Part shown: piece by piece, positions 23,082 to 35,733 of the stretch
Numbering within the stretch: position 1 is the first letter of the stretch
Layout of the letters: every line of letters begins with the position of its first letter
Source: Styela clava
Taxonomy: Eukaryota
Reading direction: 5' to 3'
DNA length: 64,000 bases
NCBI RefSeq assembly: GCF_964204865.1
Contig: NC_135262.1
Span: 12,214,001-12,278,000, forward strand
Translations under genes and position numbers: made by a program
Notes under the pieces: generated by a model
What the model saw: the letters and a program-made list of their open reading frames with translations, nothing else
Database searches by the model: none
Told to the model about the DNA's origin: nothing

Positions 23082-26000
23082 TTAAGTTCTGTCGCTTTCG
23101 CGTTCGTATGTTCTTGGTCCGGTATCGCTTGACATTTTGTTGTAAGCTTTCCCGGCTCGAGTCCATATAACTTCAGGTAGGTTTGAGTATAAAAACGGAT
23201 TAATGGCGCTGTTTATTGGAAGAATCATGATGGCTGCAACTGCATAGACTTCGTCGGACACTGGTACACCTAAAAATATAAAATTAACCTAGTAATTTAC
23301 ATGTCATCGCTCGTATCAGCATCGTACTTAGTGACTCGATTACGCCGAATCTAAGCGGCAATTTACTCATTCAAACGCCCCAATTTAAAATATGACGTCA
23401 CAAAACCCATTGAAGGCGCAGCGCCCCGCTTTATTTCTGCGGTTAGGCAGTGCTCTATATTCTGTCGCTTACCTAGCTAATCGCGCGCATTATTACCTTT
23501 TTTTAAATGCCATTTCCCGGATGCATTAGTGGACCTAAATCAAAATATTCATCTAGCACTTTTATTAGGTAAAGTCCGGTAATTGAAGCAAACGGTGATT
23601 ACCGAATGCCGGGCCAAAGAACTTGAATATATATATATACCCAAATTTTGCTAAATTCTGGTACCGATTTCGCTATGTATCGCAAAAAAGCATAATTATA
23701 ATAACATAATGGCCGTACACAGGAATATTATTAAAATTATTTGTATCATATATATATATATTCAATTACCTGTCATCTTCAAAAAGGCAATCAAACATAT
23801 TGGAACCCAACAAAAGAAATCCGTTACAATAATACGAGTTATTTTTCTCTGCATTGCAATAGATTGATCAGACCGACAATGACCTTTAACACTTCTTCGT
23901 CTTCTAAGCGTTTGTCTAAAATAATTTGCAATATTCAGTTTTCATACGAAAATAAAACCACAATTTTTCCAACAAATAAAAAAAATTGTAAATAACAAAT
24001 TTGATTCCCGGACCCGGGTTATAAAATCCTGTTTAGGATTTTAACTTTTCACATTGCTGTTCTATTACCAGAACTAAACTATTTAATGCTATACTCTGGT
24101 ACAGCTCAGCCACCCTAAATATATAAACCAATGTAAACCCAAATTAATTTAATTATACTTACTTATAAATAGATATATAACTAACGAGGATAGTCAGAAA
24201 CGATATAAAATTGATCACTATAATTAGAATCGAATACTGCCACGTTGGGTCGCTCGGTGTTGGAAACAACTTCGGCAAGCAAACGCCGTGACTCGAATAA
24301 TATCCAAATTGGTAACGTGGTTCGAAGGAATTGTTCAAATGCTTCATCAAGACGAATAAGCCTTTCCATGAGTAAGTTGTTTGTTCTTGCCTAAAATGAA
24401 AAGTACATTAACAGGGAGGTCCCCAAATTAGGGTCGTGAAGTCGAAGATTGTCATATTTTAGTCATACATGTATTGGAACCGGATTCATATTTTGAACCT
24501 CTCCGGAGTCCCGATTTGGAGCGACGTACTTTGACGCCAGTGACTCGAAAGTATCAAGTTGAATAGCACTCTCAACGGACAATTAAACAAGTCTCGCTTA
24601 CTCAGCCCTGAAAGGCAGTAGTAGTTGCCTAGAAATACATGCGTAAAGTATCAAAACGTGCAAACACGTACCCCATGACGTTCTGAAAATCTTGTCCGAA
24701 AGTTTCATACGACGACAACTTGTTGGCGAAAATACTGAGTTGTGTTCGGTCAACTTGCTTTTGAAGGAATGGGTTCTTGAAAAACCTGATCAAAAATTAT
24801 TTAGTTCACTAGTACGCACTTCTGCTGTATAGAATTACAATTGATGCTACTTTTGAAATACTTTATTGAAATACTAAAAAAGTTTTATTACACTTACTTT
24901 ACATATGAGATGAAGTAATCCTCGGCAAACGATACAATAGGTATAATCGCCAACAGGAATGCAACAATTATTGATAAAACAACAAAAAACAGTGAGGTCT
25001 TCAGGCTCGGCTTGTTAAATGGCCTGAAAAATATTGAAAATAAGTTTCAAACTTGCTTGGTGTTGCTACAAAACATAACAAAAAAGCAATGCGAAGATAC
25101 AATGACGCGAATCCACCGGCAATTTGGTATAACGATCCATAAGTTCACGCTCAAAATAATTCTGTTACTGATATGATACAATTGTGTTAAATTACCTGAA
25201 TACCATAAGTAGTCTGTTTATAGTCATCAATGTCAGCATAAACACAGAAGCCTGTAGTCCAAACATCGATAGGACACCTAAGATATTACAATGCATTCCA
25301 CTTCTCCAAGATTTTTCCTCATAACAGTAAATCCCAGCATAAACTGCGTCGGTGATTCCAAGTCCCATTAAATATAACTGAAACGTAAAATTGAATTGAA
25401 AAATTATTAAAAATTCACATAAGCACCATTCGCACAATAATGGAAAAAGCAATGAAAAATAATACTCACTCCTACGCATAAATCAGCAATGCCAAGTGCA
25501 ATAACATGAAACGAAGTTATCTTTGCGTAATCATTTTGTTTTCCTTTTCTCAATGAGATGGAAGTTTGAATAAGTACGTAGATGTTTCCAGCTGATGAAG
25601 TCAATCCTGACGAATCAAAATTATCCTCAAAGTTGTGTCATGACAAATTATGCGACTATATATATACATACTCGCTTCTATAAGCTTCAAACAAATGATA
25701 TGTATTTATTATGAGATACATGTGCTTTTACGAAGAATAGAATTGTTATGTTTATAGTTAGGCAATAATTATGCACCTATAATCCAAACGAATGCCCTCA
25801 ACGCCACGTTACTGATTAGGTGTTTGTCGTCTGCAAACGGACTGTCTATACAAGATTGGCATTCGTCACTTCCATCAGAGCAATCGTCAACTCCGTTACA
25901 TACCTGAATATTGATAGAAGTAAATTACGATATTTCATATATACAAAGTTATACTATGCAGTACTTCCTTGTTCTAGTGCAGCTACTGACCACCAATCAC

Positions 26001-29000
26001 TGACCTTATTCAGAGAGGTTGATTCGCCACCGCTTCTGCAGCAGAATTTGTTAAACTCAGTGCAATTTGCTTCATCGGATGCATCCCAACAATCTACAGA
26101 ACAGTCGCATACCGATGTATGTGGTATACTAACATATTTCTTGCCTCCGACATTTCCCATGCAGTAATATCTTGAAACGAAAGATAGTGTGTGTAGTGGT
26201 TAGAGCGTTTGATATACCTATGAATGCGTTGCAGGTTAATGACCATAAACCCCATGCCCACAACCTTGCCCGGGGTGTAAAAATAAGGGCTCGTAATGCC
26301 GAATTAAAAAGATTCTTCCCGTTACAAAAACTAGTAGCTATTTACGTATCAATTGCTGCTTATAAACATTTCGGATAAGGGACATTGTATCATAAAACGT
26401 TGAATAATTTCGAATATGTAATATGTAAACTTAGTTTTCAACGTCCACACACATTTGTATCATTACCCAACGCATTAGCAATACTTCAGATACCTTACCT
26501 GCCAGGACAATCGACCTCATCTGCAGATTCCACCGGATGGGTAATATTGCATGCTGGTGATCCATTACAAACTTCAGTTGGGCCGAGATGAATAGGAGAT
26601 TCGTGGTTGGGGCATCTATATAAACAAAATATTTGAAATTAGGCACACTGCGAACAAACACAATAGAGCAATCGTGAAACATAGAGGGGCACGAAAGTCA
26701 AATTACTAATATAAGGCCTAAGATTGGCAATTCTCCGTTTACCCACTGCATTAATTGACTTCGTTTGGGTGCCGGTGAAGTCTTTAAAAAAATAGACTGA
26801 CTAGCCTGACGGAATGCCACGTGGTGGCGCAATATACGCAAATGGCCCTATAGCACCCGGCAAAAGTTTGGAGGGGAGAAAAATAATAGTAACAGTTTTA
26901 AAAGCTTTTTTATCACCCTTCAGCCAATCAATATCTAGAATTGATTCATTCAGAAGTGATTTTCACAAAGAAAACACCAACCAGAACAACAATTTTGCAA
27001 AACGATTCATAGGCGCACTTATGTCCCATAATCTTCTTTTGCTAGACAAAAATAATATTGTCAAATATTTGTACAAACTGCTAGTTTGTTAATAGGCTTA
27101 CACATATCCATATACTTCATCCAGTGCACAGTAAGGTCGTGGAGTTGAATCATTACATCCCAGACATTCATCATAAAATCCGGTGCATGTCGGTATCTTG
27201 TCGCATTTTATTGCGTAGGTCAAATATGGAAAGTACTTTGGATCTAAAGATATAGTTACTTAGTGCTTTTGACTTAATCAATATAAGCAATGTGGCAATT
27301 TCTATTCTTGTATATTCACAGGACTGTCGTTGATAAGACGAATGTGGCTCGTTAATAAATGTGTTCGCCACAAGATGGAACACTGCAAACTAAATATACG
27401 TTTCAGTTTAATATACAAAAATAAATAAGTAAATAAACGTATCTATACAAAATTTAACCTGATGGAATTTATAACCCCTGATAAATCAAGAAACGGATGG
27501 GCATATCTGATTTTTTTAGAGAGTGATTTTAATTAGAAAAATTGTATATGGATAATTTTTATTGTACTATTAAAACTAAATTGCAATCTTTTCATGTGAA
27601 GATGTTTCATGGTGCCATAATAGATAGTACTAAACAACAGATTGTATAAATTTAAACCTGTTTCATCAGAATTATGTGATTTCTGTAAGTCTAATGTTGA
27701 AACTGCTAGCCCCTTTTCATATGATTGTACAATTATTCAACAGTTTTGGGAACCGCTGAACATGTGGATATATTCAAAAATAGGAATAAATTTTAACTTC
27801 TCCAAAAGAGATTGCATGTTGGGATATGTTGGTAATTTTTATAACGAATTGTGTAATTGTATCCTTTTTGTTCTCGGGTTTTATCTATATCGTTGTAAGA
27901 TACAAAAAAAGAACCACTGTTCAATGTTTTTATCACATATCTGTATAAAGGGAGGGAAATTGAACGGTTCATTAAAAAAAAAATGGTAAAATTAAGAAAT
28001 ATGATCAAAAATGGAAAATTTTAAGATATATGTACAGTAATTGATTGTATTTATATGCTTATGCGTGTATATTCCCTCTGATTAGAGTTTGATAATGCTG
28101 CAACTGTACCGATTAACTGTGTTTTATATATTAATAAGAATTTTTGTCATTGTCATTGAATCCAAAAATTAAAAAGTCATGATCAAAAATGGAAAATTTT
28201 AAGAAATATGTACAATAATTTATTATCTTTGTATGATAACAAATGTGTATTTTTAATTTTTTATGATTAGTTAATAATAAAATAAAAGATCAAATAATAA
28301 AAAATAGCATTAACTGATAGTATTTCTCAAAGGTGGTAAATTATCCATGTCTTTTTATTCACGGTAAATTCCTTAAGCAACAATTGAATCTTACCGGGTG
28401 GACATTCATAAAACTGATCACAGCCATCATGAGTTGCATTTGTAAATGTTTGCTCGTACAAACAATCAGCAGGATATCCGGCTGTAATTTGAATTAAACT
28501 CGGTTAGAAATGTGCATAATTTTTTTATTTACATATATATATAAGAGGGTGTACAAGCTGTATATGACACGCCAGACGCACGGAAACGCGGGCCACTGGA
28601 TGGAAACGTTCGCGTTTCGTTATAAAGCGCCGGGCCTAACCAATACGGAGCCCTTTGCGAAACAGATTTCGCTTTTGTAATAGAAAACGATTTTGTCTTC
28701 AACTTGTTATCTTTTACCCAAGTAATGGCTCATAATCGCGAGCCCCAATGTGACTGCATTGGCTACAGTAAGCTGAAGCTGGCCCTGGCGTTATGTACGT
28801 GAATTTCAAATGCAATGCCAATCCAAACAAGAGAGCTATGCTCAAATATATGGACACGTAGAGTCACATAATTTGATGATGCTGATGACGTCATAGCGAA
28901 AAAAAAGTAATTGTCTTCTGGAGAAAATTTTTATCTTTAACCACTGAAAATTTCAAAGCAATTGGTCCAGTATTCGAAGAGAAAAGCGATTTCTTCAAAA

Positions 29001-32000
29001 CGTGTTGACGGAGACAAATAATAACAATAACAACAAAATTTTGAAACGATCGTTATGTCCACTACGTGTCCAATAATAAATGAAAGAATAACTAACCTTC
29101 CTAGCTGTACAATGAACGTTAATCATTTTATAAATACCCATATAAAAGACGAACTCTACTACAGTTTTATATTGTTCAACATGGTTTGCTTTGTTACATC
29201 AGTCTTTATATCGAGACAGAAGATTTGTTACAATCTTTTATTATTTTCCAAAATTGATCAGTTAATGGGAATTCTTAATAGTAAATGAAGTTTCGCATTC
29301 CAAAAATACTTGTCAATTCACACGTTAAGATTTTTAGTGATTTGTTATTGATTTTCAATCACGAATTGACGCGTTTACAATTTACTATTGAGTAGAAATT
29401 GCGCAAATACACGCATGAAACGTATACACAACAAAAGTACATCGATTGTGCATACCGTTACAACACCAAAATTCAGGCATATCCTCTTTATAACTGAGTT
29501 GTATTTCTTTTTTGACTGCTTCTACGTGGGAACAATATTTTTCATCTTCACCCATGGTACAGTCACGTGATCCGTCACAAACTTGTGACTTCGAAATGCA
29601 TTTGCTTTTGATCTTGTCGTTTGTTGTTCGACATCTGAACTCACAATCATCTGTCAGACAAATATATCAATGAATCATAAAAATACAATATTTAAATTTC
29701 TGAAAAGGGATTCATGGACATGACAAAAAAACCTATAAATTTCTTAATTACTTCTATGAAAATGAAAAAAATACTTTTAAACTTGCTCTTTGTGTATGAT
29801 TGTACCCAAATGTTTCAGTAGTCTAAGCCAGTGATTCCCAAAGTGGGCGGTATCGCCCCCCGAAAACGATACAGAGGGGGGCGAAAAAGTCTAAGGGGGC
29901 GATAGGGGGGCGATTCCGCGAAAGCTGTTTTATGTTCGGCGCACTTAATTCTGTACTTTGTGTGCATTCGCAGACTTGAATCATGTGGGCGATATTCACA
30001 CGCGAAAGGATTACTGGTCTCGTCTTTGCAGTAAGGTAAGGTAGTTTGCGTATCCCAGTGGTCGGCAAAATACTGCCGAAGTAAAATAATCTGGCCCGGG
30101 ACGATTCACTGAATGGACCTTTCCCCGACCTTTGACCGCGGAAAATTCTTTCCATACTTTACCATTTTAAAATTTTCGAAGCTTATTTTAAGAGTGGTTT
30201 CGCGAGCTGTGGCCTGTAAAATGGGGTATTTGATTCAAACTACCATTCTAATACACACCATTTAACAATCTGTTTTTTAAAAGTACCGATAAAGAATTTT
30301 AGCCTAGTCTATCACAGCTATTTCTACACTAATTTTTGATTGCTGTATTTAAACTGAAACTCATAGAAAGACAAAGTAATCATTGACTTATTTGATTTAT
30401 ATTTAAATTTCCGAAAAACAACTAAATACTAACGAATATAATTCAAAAACGTGAAAATGAGGTAGTGCTCACGACCACCCCTGAAAATCTGTCCGAGTGA
30501 GAGTGTCTGAGCGCCTGCGAAAGGGGGCATTGTTACGTTTTTTGCATCTTGCTGATTGGCCAATGTCACGAGGTAAACAAGGAAGTCTATGTCCGGGGAA
30601 ATATCAAAACGGCGGTTTTGACGATGAAAATTTTTTATTTATAATCTACGCTCGAGGAGTAAATTACATTTTTTTACGTAACAGAATTTATCGTGAGACA
30701 CGTTTAGAGTGAATTATACTATATCCTAACAATTTAGTGAACAGCCACTCGTTTAACGAGCCTACAATTTAATTATAATTAGACAAATGGAAACACGCAG
30801 AAAAGTTGATGCTGAGTGCAGGGGTTCAATAGCGCAGTAAATATTCGAATATATTGCAAAGCAATAAGGAAATAAAATTCATATTCATATTCGGGAGATT
30901 CATCATGCTTGATTTTTGTAAGAATGTATCTTCTCAAAGAAAATATATATTTATCAAAATTTCACAAATCGTGCGAAAATATTCACTTCGATGTTTGGAA
31001 GTACATATTTGTGCAAACCATTATTTTCGAAAATGAACATTACAAAGAACAAGCAAAGAAGTGGGTTTGGTGATGCCCATTTAGAAAATGTTTCAATCTT
31101 GGCGTCGTAAAGCTATCCAGCGTGATTCAGCAACAAGACAGTGTCACATTAAATGTCATTGTAAAATTTTTTTAATAAGACGACTGAGTTGAGTTCACGA
31201 TTGTCGCAGTTTTCGCGTGTGTTCCGTTTTTACCTCTCAAAAAATACATGCGACCCGCAAAAGACTAGCAACCCTGAATTTTGTCCTGCGATCGACATAA
31301 AATTTGCCGACCCCTGGGCCGTAGCCGATAGTCAGTCACGGCTTCTTCCACATCCGAGTTCATGAATCCAAAAAAATGGCTGGTTAATTATGGACTGGAG
31401 GCCGTGATAGGATGAAGAATCGGGGATTTTTCCGAAATATTTTGGTGCAGGTCATCAGGCTGTACGAATGAATGAAATGTACGAAAATCATTATTATAAG
31501 TTTGGAAAATTAACTTTGTTCTTATTATTTTAATGTGAAATGTGGTGAATTTAGGAAGTGAAATGCTATAAGGCAAGAGTACACGGCGGTTTTTGAGGAG
31601 GTAGGACCCTGGATTCTTTCATTTCCGACCTATTATATGGTGAAAAAGGGGTTTTCAGCCGTGCTACTATTGCTATTAGAACAATGAAATCACCTTTCCA
31701 TCAGTAAATGGGGTAATTTTAGATATAAAAAAAAACTCGCTGAAGAACACCAAGCTCATCTATCTCATTAAAAAACACTATAAACTATGATTTGTCTCCT
31801 TATTTGGTCTGTAATAAATTCGTTTCTGACTTTATATTTTTTTGTAGTGCAGGGGGGCGATGAAGTTGTATAAACTACTTTAGGGGGGCGATGGTCAAAA
31901 AAGTTTGGGAACCACTGGTCTAAGCAGCTTTGCACAAAAGTTATGTTCTAACTCGAGTATGTTCCAGGTTCTGTTCTGTTTTGGTGGGTTACTCTGGACT

Positions 32001-35000
32001 TCAAAATTCACTTTGTTACTTTTTATTGCTTCAATGTTAATATGTTTCTGGGTAATATGTGTCGGCGTACAATACGAGATCGTTCTTATTTCCTTACCTT
32101 GGTAGGCTAATTGCTTACAAATTGATATTGGATTTTCACATAAACACTCATCAGATAAATCCACACAATCTATGAAACCATTGCACAGATAGGATTGCAT
32201 CATTTCTCCATTACCATCTAAGCAGCGAAAACAGGTTTGGTCGAAATAGGCTAAAACAGAAACAGGAGAAAATTGATGTCACGTACTGTAATGTAACCGC
32301 GGAGGCCTCGATTACAACAGGACTTACAAATGTCGTCGTATTTTCCGCCATCGCCGTTACAAAAGCATTCGTCTCCTCCGTTCAAGCAGTTTTTTGATCC
32401 ATCACATCGATATTGATAAGGCAAAGAACAAGCACTGTTGTTGTATTCTGTTACACATCGAAGTCCTTCCGTTTTGTTGCTGTTAAATGAAAATATATTA
32501 GGAACGTTATAAAGCTAACAGTCTAACCTAATTTGAGGAACTTTAGTATAGTCGACCGCAAATAGAAAATATGTGAATGAAACTAAAATAGTATACCTGT
32601 TTATGATCTATAATAGAATACCAATAGTAGTAGTGAAATATAATGAGCCCTACAGTATTCTGTCTTGTTAATACCTGTATGGCAATTCGTCTCTCCCATT
32701 GGAACAATCCGCCATCCCATCGCAAAAATATGCTTGATTGACACATTCGTCCGGGGAACATCGGAATGGGTAGCTGTGCATACAGTCACATTCATCTGAA
32801 AAGTTACGATATATCAATAAACTAAGAGAAGCATTCACACATACATAAAAACTGTATTGGTGGTGCTTTGATATACAAAAAAGCCATAATGTTATTTGAA
32901 ATGTCTACATAACGGTTTCGTTTCGTTTATCTACTGCACTGATCAAGATCCGAATGCAGAAGAATTTCTTCCTATTGATGGTCGAAAGTGGTGCAAAAGG
33001 TCAGACAGGTCACGTTGTGTTTCATTGAAGCGCGAGGTTTTCAAGTTTCGACAGTTAGACGACGTTTATGAACTGGGCGACAGAAACTGATGAATGTATT
33101 ATGTGTCTGTGTCTTTCATGAAAACTTTTCTCGGTTTCCATGACAACGTTTTGGAACACTCTCGGGCGAGCGTGTAGTTCAAGGTTTATGGATTCCTCTC
33201 TTCACTTGGCAGCGAATAAGGATTCCATAACTAACTAAGCTCATAGATTTGTAACTTTTCTTTGTTTGGCCAGTGCCTTATATGTTTTCAGGAGGTTGCC
33301 AACATAAAATGCAGAAAATGAATTTCTTGTATTCAAACTTCTTTAGTATAAAACTGTTAAATATGGCTTAGCATGATGGATGTTACAAACAAAGTAAGGC
33401 CTAAAGTTTGCAATAAATTATCATGCATTACATCAATATTGTTATTTGTTTGTCTTTTATATACTTGACGACATTATGAATACTGACAACTTTTGTCTGT
33501 TTTCCAGACGATCGAATATACCAGTACTAAAATTTGAATACGTTGGTAATAACGAGTACTTTTTTTTTGTTTGTTCTTGATTTATCGATTGCTAGATCAA
33601 AGCACTTTGTTTCAGACAGACTTGATTAGTGCAGTTTCGAAAGTATAGAATAAAATGAATTAATTTTCGCGCATTCGGTTTTTAGGTCCGTTGATAAACT
33701 GTGGTAAACTTTCATCTTTTCGGCCCGACTTACCTATTACTTGTGCTGACAAAAATCACGCACATCACGTAGATATTTTTGCTTCAAATGGCAACATAAT
33801 TTAACATAATGCATGGAGGTTATTACAGTATAACGGACGAAGAAACATAGAAGATGAATTATATAAGATTTTGTGCAACTTTTCATCTACATGTTGTGGA
33901 AAAATTTACTTTTAGGGGACTTTTTCACTTTTAAGTTCAAATAAGTGCTTTTCGCGCGAGTTCATCACTTTCGAGTAGACTCGTGAACGTGGCATGGGTA
34001 ATATGTACACAGACAATATGAATATAGACCTATATCTCATTCTTTGTACTGTCCCATGCCACATGACTGAATTCATTTTTAGCCGCTCCTCAACGTTTGT
34101 ATTCAAATTTACCTTCTAAGCAGTGGTTGTATTGATCACATACGTATTTATCAGGGAGAATACATTTGTTCAATGTTGTTTTTACTGTGCATTTAAATCC
34201 AGTCACGTTTTGTCCAAAACTTGGAAACGGTTTTTCATCGCTGCCATCTCTGAGAAAAATAAAGATATTCCTTCATTGAACACGGAGTGAACAATGAGTC
34301 GTTTTGCTCAGTGGTTGTTTTTGTTGCGGATAAAGCGCATTTCTCGCAACTAACAGAATATTCGATTTCAAATTTTCAAAGTCTAAAAAGAGAAGAAGTC
34401 GCAAGAGGACGTTATATTTATTTCCCCCTTTATTAAGTTTCTCTGGATCCTACGGGGTAGGATATTTACCCCATATTTTGCTGTTTTTAATAAAATTCAC
34501 GTACACACCTTTATAGTAAATTCGGTACATTCATTTTTATATTCGGCTAGAGTTTTGGTGCCATATAGCATTTTAATTTTATGTATATATAATTGAGAAT
34601 TACCCTCTTGTACTAATGAGTGTTTATCATTAGTAATTAATTAAAACGATTAAGGAATCGTAAATGCTAAGGCTTCAACATAATTATGATATTCATGAAT
34701 AGTTGATATATTTATTTTAAAATGACGCGCTGATGCAGTAATGATTAACATCTACGATATGGAGCATTGTTGTTCTTGAAATATTATGATAATCATCGAA
34801 CCCGTTTTTTTTTTTATTTTATTTTTTAATTTTAGTTCTTCATGATTTTCAGGACTGAGGCCAGTTCGATACAAAAGGGAACCTGTTTTCGAAATTTTAA
34901 ATCCCGTTCGCTAGACATTGCCTCCCACATCACACATGATGCATTCCAAAAACATGGTTCAATGAGCGTGTCAATGGTATGGAGTAATGATTTATGTACA

Positions 35001-35733
35001 CTTAATATATATATATATATATATAAATATATATAGAACTCTGAAACGTTTTCAGAAGCCAAACTTACGGACAGTCTAAGTTTCCATCGCAGACTGCTTT
35101 ATCAAATATACACGAACCATCATCACAAGTGTGCAGCCAGCCATCACTGTCGCATGGCACTGTGTTGGCAAAAACTGAAGAAATAATATAATAAATCAAG
35201 TTTAAAGTCACCGAGTACTTGGAATTTTTTATGGATTTTGCATTCAATCCAGATTGACTTGACATTTCTATAATGAATACAAATTGTCGTATGTACAAAA
35301 TGGGAATTTATATCCGCTCATTAATATATTACATATTTAGAAACGAACATTTATTACACGACTCGCATTCATTATTTAAAATTATGCACAATCTACCATT
35401 ATGATATATTCCAGATACTATTAACTATGCATTTAAAAGTTATTAGGTGTAAAATTTTGTACGATTCGTAGGCACTGACTTGCTATTGTGCCGTCATTAT
35501 CTTACTGATCTTTTTTTTCTGTTTAGATTAGGTTAAAATAAGTTGTAACGAATTGGAAAAATAAATAAGTTTATTAGACCATAACATAAGCAGAATCAGC
35601 AAATTTGTAATGGGCAATAACATGGAAGCATTCAATCGAATAATTCTCCAAATTGAGTAGTGTGTCGCCTACGAAAATACTTACCACATGTTGCCGTTAC
35701 GCTGAAGTAAGTTAACACAATGATACGAAACAT
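23082..35733 (-). CDS. Class A GPCR with about 10 LDL-receptor class A repeats and an RXFP/LGR/GRL101-like 7TM, no LRRs (890-911 aa)
   Basis: Exons 5' to 3': 35733-35685 (signal peptide MFRIIVLTYFSVTATC), 35174-35069, 34249-34113, 32795-32675, 32479-32328, 32250-32098, 29650-29456, 28481-28395, [27382-27320 optional], 27243-27102, 26615-26499, 26170-26005, 25903-25777, 25606-25470, 25377-25196, 25023-24898, 24785-24672, 24390-24163, 23915-23770, 23269-23082. The frame is continuous. LDLa motifs include CDGNLDCPDGSDE, CDGMADCSNGRDE, CNGFIDCVDLSDEC and CNGVDDCSDGSDEC. 7TM motifs are LRAFVWIIG, LGIADLCVGLYL, WRSGMHC, YYSSHGVCLP, TDFFCWVP and LPINSAINPFLYS. Confidence 0.9.
27455..28305 (+). mobile_element. 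5'-truncated L1/Tx1-clade LINE (zf-RVT end plus 3'UTR) in a GPCR intron
   Basis: TIKTKLQSFHVKMFHGAI followed by LYKFKPVSSELCDFCKSNVETASPFSYDCTIIQQFW, a C-x2-C...E...C...FW zinc-binding motif of RT C-termini. A-rich tail near 28270-28305. Confidence 0.75.
28827..29074 (-). mobile_element. HINE/DINE-1-like element, copy 2
   Basis: acaagagagctatgctcaaatatatggacacgtag ... gtccactacgtgtccaata, with subterminal inverted repeat tggacacgtag / ctacgtgtcca. The ends match 11611-12028. Confidence 0.55.
29829..31917. mobile_element. 2.1-kb non-autonomous hAT (Buster-type) element in a GPCR intron
   Basis: TIRs cagtgattcccaaa / tttgggaaccactg; perfect 8-bp TSD gtctaagc (29821-29828 and 31918-31925); subterminal ggggcga repeats at both ends; no transposase ORF. 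Confidence 0.9.

Noticed and set aside
23068-28893. Three CRE palindromes TGACGTCA (23068, 23393, 28886) in the GPCR locus
   Set aside because: Far from the 5' end, one lies inside a repeat, and the domain is CpG-rich; no support for function.
29823-30712. ORFs 29823-30155 and 30497-30712 as cargo genes
   Set aside because: They lie in GC-richer parts of the non-autonomous hAT, with no recognisable motifs or splice support.
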